Shown: positions 8,211-17,071, numbered from the stretch's first letter. The stretch: DNA of 28,653 nt from an uncultured Planctomycetaceae bacterium (GCA_964461295.1 CAYWTX010000329.1:1-28653), one strand, 5' to 3'. A program made the numbers and translations. The notes: a model not told the origin generated them from the letters alone.

Positions 8211-9922
8211 TGAAACCGCAGCGCCCGACAGCCGGGAGAACGCACAGAATGACCGGACACCGTACCGCCTTCCTCGGAGTAACTCTCCTGCTGCTGTCAA
8301 CGGCAGTTGCCTGCGCGGACGGGCCGTCCCTGCCCGGGGACGGACTCGCCGGTCGGATCGCCTATCGCCGCGACGGATCGGGTGTGTTCGCCGACGCCAG
8401 GCCCGTTGCGAACTGGGATACTGCCGCCGGGAGGAACGTCCTCTGGAAGATCGACTTCCCCGACTGGGGCCACAGCCTGCCCATCGTCGTGGGCGACAAG
8501 CTCTTCATCACCACCGAGCCGCAGTGGCTCTACTGCGTCGACGCCGCAACGGGGCGCGTCCTCTGGAAACAGGAGAGCAACGTCTTCGATCTCGTGCCCG
8601 GCGAGGAGGGACAAAAGCTCAAGGAGGCCTGGCGGATCAACTGGGACACTCGCCTGAAGATGGCACCGCTTAATGACAAGGTCAAGGCCATCGGGAAGCA
8701 ACTGGCCGCCGCCGACGGCGACGCGAAGCTCAAGGCTGAACTGGACAAACTGAACGCCGAACTGAAACCCATCCAGGACGAGCACGGCCGCACGTGGCTG
8801 ATCCTGAACCACGGGTACTCGAAGTTCCGCGGGGCGATGTGGGGCGAACTGCTGGGCTTCACCACGGCCGCCCCCGTCAGCGACGGGAAGTTCGTCTACG
8901 TCAAGCACGGCACGGGGGTGGTCGCGTGCTACGACCTGGCCGGCAAGCGCCAGTGGATGACCAAGTTCGAGTTCGACCCGCAAGCGACGAACTGCTGCTC
9001 GCCGCTGTTGGCCGGCGGCCGGGTGGTGATCCATCGCAAGAAGTCCACCGCCAAGTCGGGAGTGCGAGGCGGGACGTACACGCTCTGCGGCCTGGACCCA
9101 CGCAGCGGCGACGTGGCCTGGGAGACAGCCCCGCTGGCTGTCCCGGATTGGGGTTCGGGCACGTCGCTGGCGCTTCGCATTGGCGGGGCGGACGTGATCG
9201 TGACGGCCGGCGGCGATGCCGTCGGCGCCTCCGACGGGAAGGTGCTGGCCCGTCGCATGTTCGGCCCAACCGTTGCCAGCGCCAGCGGCCCCATCGCCGC
9301 CGGCGACGTGGTCATCATGACCGACGACAGCGATGGCGGGAAGACCGACCGCGCTCTGCGGGCGGTGCGTCTGGCGGCCGGCGAGAGCGGCGCGATCAAG
9401 GTCGAGCCGTTGTGGACGCGAGCGGTCTCGAACTTGCCTGCGGAAGCCGCCCAAGTCGATGAAACAGGCAGCGCCCCCTCTGCCGGTGCTCCGACAACAG
9501 CCGCCGCGGAACCGCCCACCGCAAGCAGGCCGGCGGCCACAAGCCAACCGGCGACCATTGCCGATACTCGCGCGGCCATCTTCTCCACTCCGGTCTGTCA
9601 CAAGGGCCGCGTCTATGCCGTTGAAGAGCGGGGCTTGCTCCTGGTGGTTGACGCGGGCACCGGCAACATCATCGAGGCGACCAACTTCTTCCCGCCCGAA
9701 CTGCGCAAGTCCAAAGTGGTGGTCTGGGCTCCGCTGACAATCGCGGGCAACTACTTGTTCATCGTCGAACTCGACGGCCGGGTCCTGGTGCTCGAATTGG
9801 AGCCGAAGTTGCGCCTCCAGGCCGTGACCAGCGTGCCGCGCCGCGCCGAAAGCGCCCCGTTCTTCGTCGGCGGGCGGATGTACCTGCGAACGCAGTGGTC
9901 GCTGTTCTGCATCGGATCGTGA
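8210..9922 (+). CDS. Exported PQQ-like beta-propeller repeat protein, paralog of the upstream gene, with low-complexity insertions
   Basis: The ATG at 8210 overlaps the upstream TGA (TGATG). Alternative starts are GTG 8207 and ATG 8249. A hydrophobic signal-like segment is present (AFLGVTLLLLSTAVACADG). Blade motifs are colinear with the upstream protein (NVLWKIDFPDWGHSLPIVVGDKLFITTEPQWLYCVDAATGRVLWK). A Lys/Glu-rich helical insert (…KLKAELDKLNAELKPIQDEH…) and an Ala/Pro/Thr-rich insert (…SAPSAGAPTTAAAEPPTASRPAATSQPAT…) are also present. Confidence 0.8.
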   Translation: MKPQRPTAGRTHRMTGHRTAFLGVTLLLLSTAVACADGPSLPGDGLAGRIAYRRDGSGVFADARPVANWDTAAGRNVLWKIDFPDWGHSLPIVVGDKLFITTEPQWLYCVDAATGRVLWKQESNVFDLVPGEEGQKLKEAWRINWDTRLKMAPLNDKVKAIGKQLAAADGDAKLKAELDKLNAELKPIQDEHGRTWLILNHGYSKFRGAMWGELLGFTTAAPVSDGKFVYVKHGTGVVACYDLAGKRQWMTKFEFDPQATNCCSPLLAGGRVVIHRKKSTAKSGVRGGTYTLCGLDPRSGDVAWETAPLAVPDWGSGTSLALRIGGADVIVTAGGDAVGASDGKVLARRMFGPTVASASGPIAAGDVVIMTDDSDGGKTDRALRAVRLAAGESGAIKVEPLWTRAVSNLPAEAAQVDETGSAPSAGAPTTAAAEPPTASRPAATSQPATIADTRAAIFSTPVCHKGRVYAVEERGLLLVVDAGTGNIIEATNFFPPELRKSKVVVWAPLTIAGNYLFIVELDGRVLVLELEPKLRLQAVTSVPRRAESAPFFVGGRMYLRTQWSLFCIGS

Positions 9923-9968
9923 GTAGGGGTTCACGGACGCGCATCGTTGCCGAACCGGAGGTCAATTG

Positions 9969-12026
9969 GTGAACAAGACAAGCGAATGGTTCTACGGTCA
10001 CATGCGGCAGGTCCACATGGACTTCCACATGCCGGAGTTCCCGGCAAGGGCGGTCAGTAGCTTCGATGCCAAGCGATTTGTCGAGCACCTGCTTCACGGG
10101 AAGGTGAACCTGGTCGCGCTGTTCGCCAAGTGCCACTTTGGGAACTCGTTCTACAACACCCGGGTGGGGCACAAGCACGCCGGGTTGCCGAACGACTTTC
10201 TCATGGAGGCGGCCGAGGAGTGCCGTCGCCACGGGATCGCGACGTTGGCATATTACTCTCTTTGCGCCGACCGGCGGGCCTACGACCGGTGCCCGCACTG
10301 GCGGAAGATCCGCCCGGACGGCACGTGCGAGCCCTTGCACGGGCCCTGGGGAAGCGTGTGCACCAATACCTCCTACCGCGAGGAGTTGGCGTTGCCGCAG
10401 TTGGAGGAGATTGCCCGCGGCTACCCGGTGGACGGCTTCTGGATTGACATCCCGATCCCAGGGCGGTGTTTCTGTCCGCGCTGCAAGGAGAAGTTCCGCG
10501 TCTTCCGCGGCAAGGATCTGGATGAGACCGTGCCCCATGACGAGCAACTGGCGTTTCAGTACGCCTGTGCGGCCGGGTTCCTCAAGGAACTGCGGGGGAT
10601 CGTCAACCGCACGAATCCCGAGTTGAGGATCGGCGCCAACAGCGCCGGCTCGCTGCCGGAACCGCGGTCGTTCGCCGACGTCTGCGACTTCGGCTGTTGG
10701 GAAAGCCAGCCGGGGTCCAACTACCTTTCGCACAGTTACGCGGCCCGGTACGTGCGAACGCTGTCCATGCCGATGCAGGTGATGTCCGTCCGCTTCTACC
10801 AGGGCTGGGGCGACTTGACGCTCAAGCCCGAGGCGCAGATGACCACGGAGTTCGCCGCGATGATCGGCAACGGGTGCGTCGCGACCGCCGGCGATCAGGT
10901 CAACGTGGACGGCACGCTTCAGCCGGCCGTCTACACCATGTTCCGCCGCGCGTTTGGCTTCGTCGAGGAACGCGAGAGCATCCTGCGTGGGGCGAAGTCG
11001 GTGAAGCACGCGGCCCTGGTGGCCCCGGCCTACGATCGCGATGCCTCCGTGTGGCGGGCGACGTGGCACCCCGCCATGCGGGGCGCGCACAAGGCGTTGC
11101 TGGAAAGGCACGTGCAGTTCGACATCCTCAGTTCGGTCGACGAAGACCAGTTCGCCCAGTACCGCTTGGCGGTTCTGCCCGAGCCGTGCGACTACCACCC
11201 GGCGTTCTTCGACCGGCTGCGGGAGTGGGTGCGGGCGGGCGGCGCTCTGGTCGCGGTCGGCGCATCCACGCTCCGCGACGGCAAGTTCCACCTGGAGGAC
11301 GTCCTGGGCGTCGAGTATCTGGAGCCGCTGGTCTTCCCGCTCTGCCACTTCCGGCCCGAGCCCGTGCTCGCGCCACTCATGGACGACCTGCCGCTCCAGT
11401 GTCGCGGCCGCGCACAGAAGGTTCTAGCCGCGTCGGCCACGCCGATCGCGAGCCTGTACTACCCCGAGAGCGAGCCGGCGGCCGACCGGTCGTTCCGCCA
11501 CGAGGAGTGCCCGCCGCCGTCGGACGTGCCCTCGGCCCATCCGTTTGCCACTATCAACCAGTTCGGCAAAGGCAAGGCCGTCTACATCAGCGGCCCGGTA
11601 TTCGCCGTCTACTGGCAGCGCAACCACCATTGGTTGGCGCAGTTCGTGGAGGCCGTCTTCGGACTGCTCGACCCGCTGCCGCCCTATCGGGTGGACGCCT
11701 CGGGTCTGGTCGAGGCCAACCTCATGCGTTCGGCGCAGGGCGACCTCCTGCTCAACCTGATCCACTACCAGCCCGGCCACCAGGCCGACGCGGCCGCGAT
11801 TCCCGCAATCGAGCGCGTCCATCCGCTTTCGAGCATCCGTTGCGAGGTGAAGGCCCCCGGCGCCGCCCGGGTGATGCTGGAGCCCGAAGGCCGCCAACTG
11901 GAGTTCGAGGCAAGAGAAGGCTATGTACGGTTCATCGTGCCCGAGTTGGAGCATCTGGCCGTCGTGAGGATCGCGTTGCCGGGGTCGTCCAGGATTGTCC
12001 GAAAGGGTCAAAGGAGCCGGAAATGA
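9969..12026 (+). CDS. Putative glycoside hydrolase of the GHL6 type with a beta-galactosidase-trimerisation-like (GH42M-like) middle domain
   Basis: GGAGG at 9957-9961 lies 7 nt before GTG 9969. TTG 9966 and ATG 10002 are alternative starts. The N-terminus MRQVHMDFHMPEF…FAKCHFGNSFYNT…HGIATLAYYS matches my recollection of the GHL6 TIM-barrel start. The later segment LAVLPEPCDYHPAFFDRLREWVRAGGALVAVG resembles the amidotransferase-like middle domain of GH42 enzymes. No signal peptide is evident. Confidence 0.65.
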   Translation: MNKTSEWFYGHMRQVHMDFHMPEFPARAVSSFDAKRFVEHLLHGKVNLVALFAKCHFGNSFYNTRVGHKHAGLPNDFLMEAAEECRRHGIATLAYYSLCADRRAYDRCPHWRKIRPDGTCEPLHGPWGSVCTNTSYREELALPQLEEIARGYPVDGFWIDIPIPGRCFCPRCKEKFRVFRGKDLDETVPHDEQLAFQYACAAGFLKELRGIVNRTNPELRIGANSAGSLPEPRSFADVCDFGCWESQPGSNYLSHSYAARYVRTLSMPMQVMSVRFYQGWGDLTLKPEAQMTTEFAAMIGNGCVATAGDQVNVDGTLQPAVYTMFRRAFGFVEERESILRGAKSVKHAALVAPAYDRDASVWRATWHPAMRGAHKALLERHVQFDILSSVDEDQFAQYRLAVLPEPCDYHPAFFDRLREWVRAGGALVAVGASTLRDGKFHLEDVLGVEYLEPLVFPLCHFRPEPVLAPLMDDLPLQCRGRAQKVLAASATPIASLYYPESEPAADRSFRHEECPPPSDVPSAHPFATINQFGKGKAVYISGPVFAVYWQRNHHWLAQFVEAVFGLLDPLPPYRVDASGLVEANLMRSAQGDLLLNLIHYQPGHQADAAAIPAIERVHPLSSIRCEVKAPGAARVMLEPEGRQLEFEAREGYVRFIVPELEHLAVVRIALPGSSRIVRKGQRSRK

Positions 12027-13090
12027 AGCGATTGTGGATCGTCGGGTCGGTTGTGAGCATGTTGGCGGCCGTCGTTCCTGCCGACCTGGGGGGGCAGACC
12101 CCTGCCCCCGCGACCTCCAAGCCCGGTGCGGCCCCGGCCGCTCCGGCGGCAGCCGCGAACGCGGCGCCGACGCGGGAGGAATCGATCCGCCTGACCCTTG
12201 CCGCCATCGACCAGGAACTCAAGGACCACGGCGGGACCTTCGAGAAGTGGGGCGCGTCGATCAAGCCGTACCGCGACCAGCTATCCAAGCTCAAGAACCC
12301 GGCGATCAAGTGGCCCTGGCCGGCGAAGCATGACTTCGCCTTCCAGGGCAGAGAGATCGACCTGGTGATGCTCGACACGTTCGACAACGAGCCGGAAGGC
12401 AAACGCCCGTTCGAGGCCATCCTGGAGGTCCACAAGAGACTCAAGGAGCAGGGGGTCGACCTGATCTACGCGCCCCTGCCCGACAAGCTGGCGATCTACC
12501 CGGATTACCTGTCGGACACTGCGCCGGCCGACAAGATGGTCACCCCGGCGGTCAAGCAGTTGATGAAGAAGCTGTTGGGCAGCGGCGTTGAGTGCGTGGA
12601 CCTGTATCCGGCCTTCTACGCCCACCGCAAGGGGCATGGGGACGACAAGCCTCTTTATTACGACAAGAACAGCCACTGGCGGAACCTCGGCGCGCAACTG
12701 GCCGCCGCCGAGATCGCCCGCCCGCTCATGCGCTACGACTTCGTGCGGAAGGCCTTGGCTGAAGGGAACCGCTACTCGGTGAAACCCGACCGGCGGCAGT
12801 CGAGTTCGCCCGAAGACATCCTGGTGGTGCTGGACGCCAAGACCGGCGGACGCTATGCCGATGCCCCGGACTCGCCCATCCTCATCACCGGCGACAGCAA
12901 CCTGATGATGAACATGGGCACGGTCGGCGGGCATATGCCGGCCCATGTCGGCCGGCACATCGGCCTGCCGCTGGCGTTTGGCTCCAACACCATCCCATCG
13001 CAGCACTACGGCAAGCTGGGCGGAAAGAAAGTGGTGATCTGGTCCAACATAGCCCGCATGTTGGTGGGAATGGGTTACCCGACGAAGTAG
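12023..13090 (+). CDS. Exported AlgX/AlgJ-like SGNH-hydrolase-like protein (putative polysaccharide O-acetyltransferase/esterase)
   Basis: The ATG at 12023 overlaps the upstream stop (ATGA). It is the in-frame C-terminal part of the spurious 10697-13090 ORF. A signal-like N-terminus is present (MKRLWIVGSVVSMLAAVVPA). AlgJ/AlgX-type motifs are IYAPLPDKLAIYPDYL and YYDKNSHWRNLGAQLAA (DxxHW-type). Confidence 0.65.
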   Translation: MKRLWIVGSVVSMLAAVVPADLGGQTPAPATSKPGAAPAAPAAAANAAPTREESIRLTLAAIDQELKDHGGTFEKWGASIKPYRDQLSKLKNPAIKWPWPAKHDFAFQGREIDLVMLDTFDNEPEGKRPFEAILEVHKRLKEQGVDLIYAPLPDKLAIYPDYLSDTAPADKMVTPAVKQLMKKLLGSGVECVDLYPAFYAHRKGHGDDKPLYYDKNSHWRNLGAQLAAAEIARPLMRYDFVRKALAEGNRYSVKPDRRQSSSPEDILVVLDAKTGGRYADAPDSPILITGDSNLMMNMGTVGGHMPAHVGRHIGLPLAFGSNTIPSQHYGKLGGKKVVIWSNIARMLVGMGYPTK

Positions 13091-13111
13091 CGCGACCCGG
13101 AATGTGGCGGG

Positions 13112-14203
13112 CTAGAACCGTCCGAGGTCGCGTTCGGGCAGGAGCTTGCGGACGAGCACGTACCGCTGCTGGCGGTAGACGTTGAGTTCGCCGGTGATGC
13201 GGTAGAGAGGGGCCCGCAGGTAGCCCTTTGCGACGTGGGCGTCCTGCACCGCTTGCAGGAACTGCGAGGGCAGGATGCGAACGGGCGGCTCGCCGAGGGT
13301 GTTGTCCGACTCGAACCTCGCGGCCCACCAGCCGCCGCTGCCCGGGTCGGGCAGGACCCGCACGAGGCGGTCGACGATCATGGCGCCGCGGTCGGGCGCC
13401 AGCTCCTTGGTTGCCCCGGGCGCCACCGACGGCACGGGCGCCACCTTCGGCGGCGCCGTTTCCAGCAGGACCGGCTTGCCGACCTTCTCGCTCATGAGTT
13501 GGCCGAACACCGCATCGGCCGAGGGTCCGGGCTTGGCCGGGCGCGAGGCCGGGCCGGAGGCGGGCGCGGTGGCCGGGGCCGAAGCGGGCACGGGCGGCGG
13601 CGGGGGCGCGGGCGAGGCAACCTTTGGCGCGGGCGAGGGTCCCTCGTCCACCACGGTTGCCTTGCGGGGCATGAGGTAGGCGTGGTCGCGGAAGACGAAC
13701 GTCTCGCCGGAGACGCGGAACCGCACGTGGATGGACTGGACGGCGTGCTGTTGCATCACCTCCAGCAACCGGCAGGGCATGACGCGGCGCGCCGGCTCGG
13801 GCGCCTTGGCGGGCTCGTTCTCGAAGGTGAGCAGGTACCACTGGGCAGCATCGTCCAGCGAGAGCCGGCAGAGACGGTCGATGACCATGCTGCCGTCGGT
13901 GGGCAGGTCGGGGCGCTGCCTGGGCGCCTCGACGCCGACGGGCGTGGAAACGGGCACGGGCGGCCGATCGAGCAGCATGCGGGCGATGGCGCCGCTTTCG
14001 TCCGAGGCGGACATGTCGAAGGCGGGACGCGACGGGCGGTTGGGATCGGGCGCTGGCTGGGCCCGCGCCGACACACAGGGGGCGCCGACCAACAGGGCCG
14101 CCCAAAGGCATGCCGCGACGGATGTCGTGCCGCTGTTCAAGATACCAGGATTGTAGCGAGCAGGGGCTGGCAGGGGAAGCCTTCGCGCGATCAGGTGTCC
14201 CAT
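13112..14203 (-). CDS. Exported hypothetical protein with two tandem copies of an unassigned ~85-aa domain joined by a Pro/Ala-rich linker
   Basis: 363-aa ORF with a signal-like segment (TSVAACLWAALLVGAPCVSARAQP). The internal duplication pairs MVIDRLCRLSLDDAAQWYLLTFENE…RVMPCRLLEVMQQ…VRFRVSGETFVFRDHAYLMPRK with MIVDRLVRVLPDPGSGGWWAARFESD…RILPSQFLQAVQD…LYRITGELNVYRQQRYVLVRK. The linker is SPAPKVASPAPPPPPVPASAPATAPASGPASRPAKPGP. Confidence 0.7.
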   Translation of the reverse strand: MGHLIARRLPLPAPARYNPGILNSGTTSVAACLWAALLVGAPCVSARAQPAPDPNRPSRPAFDMSASDESGAIARMLLDRPPVPVSTPVGVEAPRQRPDLPTDGSMVIDRLCRLSLDDAAQWYLLTFENEPAKAPEPARRVMPCRLLEVMQQHAVQSIHVRFRVSGETFVFRDHAYLMPRKATVVDEGPSPAPKVASPAPPPPPVPASAPATAPASGPASRPAKPGPSADAVFGQLMSEKVGKPVLLETAPPKVAPVPSVAPGATKELAPDRGAMIVDRLVRVLPDPGSGGWWAARFESDNTLGEPPVRILPSQFLQAVQDAHVAKGYLRAPLYRITGELNVYRQQRYVLVRKLLPERDLGRF

Positions 14204-14303
14204 CTCAATGGAAGTGTCACTGTCACTGGTTTGTGCTGCAACTAAAGTGTCACCCCGTGCCCCCCGTCAAGGCGGCGGAGCGGAGGGAGGCGTCATCATT
14301 CGC

Positions 14304-14792
14304 TCACATGCCCTTCGTGAAGATCACCTTGTCGTCGCCGACGCTGTAGAAGTCCTTCACGCGCGCGGCGATGCCGTAGCCGCAGCGCAGGTAGAACTGC
14401 CGCGTCGGCTCGTACTGCTCGCGGCCGTTGGTTTCCACCACGGCCAGGCGGCCCCCGAACTGGCCGATGGACCGTTCGGAGTGGGCCATCAACGCCTTGC
14501 CGATGCCCTTGCCCTGTACCGTGCGGCACACGGCGATCCAGTAGATGTCGTAGGTGCCGACCGTGCATGGAGTGGGGCCAAAGCACACCCAGCCGACGGC
14601 GCGGCCGGAGAGTTCGGCGGTGCAGGACTGGTAGTGCCCCGAAGGTCCCTTGGCAAGGGCGTCGTCGAGGACCTCGGCGGCGATGTCGATCTCGTCGGGG
14701 CGGAACATGCCGGTGGCGAGCATGAAGTCGAGGATGGCCTGGCGGTCGGAAGCCCGACTCGGACGAATTGTCAAATGCGGAGTATTGTGCAC
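14304..14792 (-). CDS. GNAT-family N-acetyltransferase
   Basis: 162-aa ORF with a GTG start at 14792. The acetyl-CoA-binding motif is VCRTVQGKGIGKALM (Q/RxxGxG/A), in the usual GNAT context (…YDIYWIAV…, …FYLRCGY…). It is the last gene of the minus-strand kamA cluster. Confidence 0.85.
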   Translation of the reverse strand: MHNTPHLTIRPSRASDRQAILDFMLATGMFRPDEIDIAAEVLDDALAKGPSGHYQSCTAELSGRAVGWVCFGPTPCTVGTYDIYWIAVCRTVQGKGIGKALMAHSERSIGQFGGRLAVVETNGREQYEPTRQFYLRCGYGIAARVKDFYSVGDDKVIFTKGM

Positions 14793-14842
14793 TATTGGTC
14801 TTTCTGTCGCCCCCGCGGGGCTCCGGTGCCTGCTATGTGGTG

Positions 14843-14864
14843 GCCGGGGGCTTTCGCCCCCGGC
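14843..14864 (-). terminator. Perfect 9-bp GC hairpin (GCCGGGGGC-TTTC-GCCCCCGGC) between the ATP-grasp genes and the GNAT gene
   Basis: The stem-loop is seen directly. It lies 67 nt downstream of the stop at 14931, and a second small palindrome CCCCGCGGGG sits at 14811-14820. There is no U-tract on either strand, so a terminator role is uncertain. It could be an attenuator or an RNA-stability element. Confidence 0.3.
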
Positions 14865-14930
14865 CAGACCCTGACCGCCCCTCCGGGGCGAAGAGCCAAG
14901 ATGGTTCTGCCGGCTGTCCTCTTGTCCGGA

Positions 14931-16049
14931 TCATGCCCTCATCGCGTTCTCGACGCAGTTGCGGACAAAGTCCTCGCAGGCCCAGCCGGCGAAGTCGACG
15001 GCCGAGGCGAACCCGCCTTCGGGCGAGATATCGGGGTTGGGGTTCACTTCGAGCACCATCGGGCGTCCGGCCTCGTCGAGGCGGAAGTCCACGCGGGCGT
15101 AGTCGCGGCAGCCGAGAGCCTGCCAGGCCCGCAGGCTGATCTGCCGCGTCAGCCGTTCGACGCGGCGAGGCAAGGGGGCGGGGAGGATCCGGGGAGTATT
15201 GTTGTATCCGAACGTGTTCGGCAGCCACTTGGCCGCGTAGTCCACGATCCGGTGCATGCCGGGCTGGAACGTGGAGAAGTCGATCTCGGCGACGGCTAGC
15301 ACCTCGGCCTGGCCGGCCCGCTCAACGACCGAGACGTTCAGTTCGCGGCCGTCGATGTACTGCTCGACGATGGCCGGCTGGGCGAATTTCTCGTGGATCT
15401 CGCGGAGGGCGCGGGCCAGGCGGGGGCCGGCGCCCGGCACGATGGACCGCTCGGCGTGGATGCCTTCGGATGCGTCGGTGAAGACGGGCTTGACGATCAG
15501 CGGCCCAGGCGGCAGGTCGGCCCGCGAGACGCGCTGGCCGGGATCGACGAGCACGGCCCGGGGCACGGGCACGCCTGCGGCCGACAGGACGGCCTTGCTC
15601 CGCCACTTGTCCAGCGACAGGGCCAGGCATTCGGTGGTGTTGCCGGTGAAACTCCGTCCCATCGCGATGCAGACGGCGGGCGCCAGGTTTGCCTCCTGCG
15701 GGCGCTGCTGGAAGCCTTCGACGAGGTTGAACACGACGGGCTCATCGCCGGCGGCGAGGGCGGCGGGCACATCCCGTAGCGTGGCGGCCGAGGCCTTCCG
15801 GCAGGTCGCGCCGAGGCGGTCGAGGGCGGCGGCGACGGCGTTGACTTCCTCCAGGACGCCGGCTTCGCTCTCGATGTAGCCGCCGGCGGCGCCGGCAGCG
15901 GCGGGCTCGTTGTAGAGGATGACGACGGAGGGGAGCCTTTCGCGCCGGGATTCCTCGCGCCGCGAGCGATCGGACCCAAAACGGGCGAGCCGCTCTCTTC
16001 CCGAGAATCGGCAATCGGCAATCGGCAATTCGCACTCTCCCTTACGCAC
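14931..16049 (-). CDS. ATP-grasp ligase, D-alanine--D-alanine ligase-like (second of two)
   Basis: Ddl-family landmarks are present: SVVILYNEP…ESEAGVLEEVNAVAAALDRLG, LIVKPVFTDASEGI, AIVEQYIDGRELNVSVV and VLEVNPNPDISPEG. The GTG at 16049 overlaps the upstream stop by 8 nt. An alternative in-frame TTG at 16028 lies 7 nt after AAGGGAGAG. No ATG occurs before the conserved core. Confidence 0.8.
   Translation of the reverse strand: MRKGECELPIADCRFSGRERLARFGSDRSRREESRRERLPSVVILYNEPAAAGAAGGYIESEAGVLEEVNAVAAALDRLGATCRKASAATLRDVPAALAAGDEPVVFNLVEGFQQRPQEANLAPAVCIAMGRSFTGNTTECLALSLDKWRSKAVLSAAGVPVPRAVLVDPGQRVSRADLPPGPLIVKPVFTDASEGIHAERSIVPGAGPRLARALREIHEKFAQPAIVEQYIDGRELNVSVVERAGQAEVLAVAEIDFSTFQPGMHRIVDYAAKWLPNTFGYNNTPRILPAPLPRRVERLTRQISLRAWQALGCRDYARVDFRLDEAGRPMVLEVNPNPDISPEGGFASAVDFAGWACEDFVRNCVENAMRA
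16006..16030. repeat. 3.5 tandem copies of the heptamer AATCGGC at the junction of the two ATP-grasp genes
   Basis: AATCGGC AATCGGC AATCGGC AATT is read directly. On the coding (minus) strand it gives GAATTGCCGATTGCCGATTGCCGATTC, with TTG triplets at a 7-nt spacing. One of these (16028) is a candidate start codon. Confidence 0.6.
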
Positions 16050-17019
16050 GTTTCATCGCGCTCAGAAGGATCTCCGAGATCAGATGTCTGTAGCTCATTC
16101 CTTCCTGCGTGGCGATCATCGGCAGGTCGCTGTGCGTGGGGTGCATGCCCGGCAGCGGGTTGACCTCGATGAAGCTCGGGCGGCCGTCGGCGTCGAGGCG
16201 GATGTCGACGCGGCTGACGTCGCGGCATTCGAGGGCGATGTGTGCCCGCAGGGCGAGGTCCTCGACGGCGCTGCGGACAGGCCCGCGCCGCGGGGCCGAG
16301 TAGCGCACCAGTTTCTCGCACTTCTCCTTCATCTCGAAGGAGTAGATCGCCTTGCCGTCGTCGGGCAGGATCTCCACCTCCATCGTGCCGATCACGCGGG
16401 CGTCGGCCCCCGTGCCGAGGACGGCGGTGGTGAACTCGCGCCCGGGGAGGTACTCCTCCACCAGCACGCTCTGGCGGTACTTCGCCAGCAGCGCTCGGCA
16501 TGCGGCGGGGAGCTGGTCGGGCGTGTCGATGCGGGAGGCGGCGTCGATGCCCTTGCCCGTGCCCTCGGCGATGGGCTTGACGAACAGCGGGTAGCGCAGT
16601 GCATGGCCGTCCAGTTGGGCTTCGCTGCCGACCACGAGGAACTCCGGCGTTCGCAGGCCGGAGGCCCGCACGAGCCGTTTGGCGACGGCCTTGTCCAGCG
16701 TGGCCGCGCTCACCAGCGGGTCGGAGAACGTGTACGGCACGCCGTACAGTTCGAGAATGGCGGGCACCTGGGCCTCGCGGCTGCGGCCGGCCAGGCCCTC
16801 AGCGATGTTGAACACGAGGTCCCATCGGTCGCCGGCGACGAGACGCTTGCACAACGCGCGGGCATGGCCGATGCGGTCGGTCGTGTGGCCGAGCGAGCCA
16901 ATGGTCGACTCGATCGCCTCGATGGTCGATTCGCTGTCGAACTCCGCGACGTCCTCGATGCCGTAGCCTTCGGCGAGGTAGTCGGTCCGCAGATCGTATG
17001 TCAGGCCGATGGCGGCCAT
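16042..17019 (-). CDS. ATP-grasp ligase, D-alanine--D-alanine ligase-like (first of two)
   Basis: The ATG at 17019 is preferred over the TTG at 17046 (MAAIGLTYDLRTDY…). Motifs are LFVKPIAEGTGKGI, VLVEEYLPGREFTTAVLG and FIEVNPLPGMHPTHSDLP. The protein ends at TAA 16042-16044. Confidence 0.85.
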   Translation of the reverse strand: MAAIGLTYDLRTDYLAEGYGIEDVAEFDSESTIEAIESTIGSLGHTTDRIGHARALCKRLVAGDRWDLVFNIAEGLAGRSREAQVPAILELYGVPYTFSDPLVSAATLDKAVAKRLVRASGLRTPEFLVVGSEAQLDGHALRYPLFVKPIAEGTGKGIDAASRIDTPDQLPAACRALLAKYRQSVLVEEYLPGREFTTAVLGTGADARVIGTMEVEILPDDGKAIYSFEMKEKCEKLVRYSAPRRGPVRSAVEDLALRAHIALECRDVSRVDIRLDADGRPSFIEVNPLPGMHPTHSDLPMIATQEGMSYRHLISEILLSAMKRA

Positions 17020-17071
17020 GGGTGCTCCACATCGATCAAGCCGCAAGGGACGCGGGCAAAGAAGAGACGTT

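Noticed and set aside
10697-12022. The N-terminal 442 codons of the 797-aa ORF 10697-13090.
   Set aside because: This part is an out-of-frame overlap of the GHL6-like gene with Arg/Gly/Pro-rich junk sequence. The real gene starts at ATG 12023 (ATGA overlap, signal peptide MKRLWIVGSVV…).
14931-17019. The two ATP-grasp genes as the housekeeping ddl for peptidoglycan synthesis.
   Set aside because: They occur as a tandem pair between kamA and a GNAT, under a TetR promoter, with no mur or fts genes nearby. The context favours a specialised ligase role. Substrate specificity cannot be read from sequence by eye.
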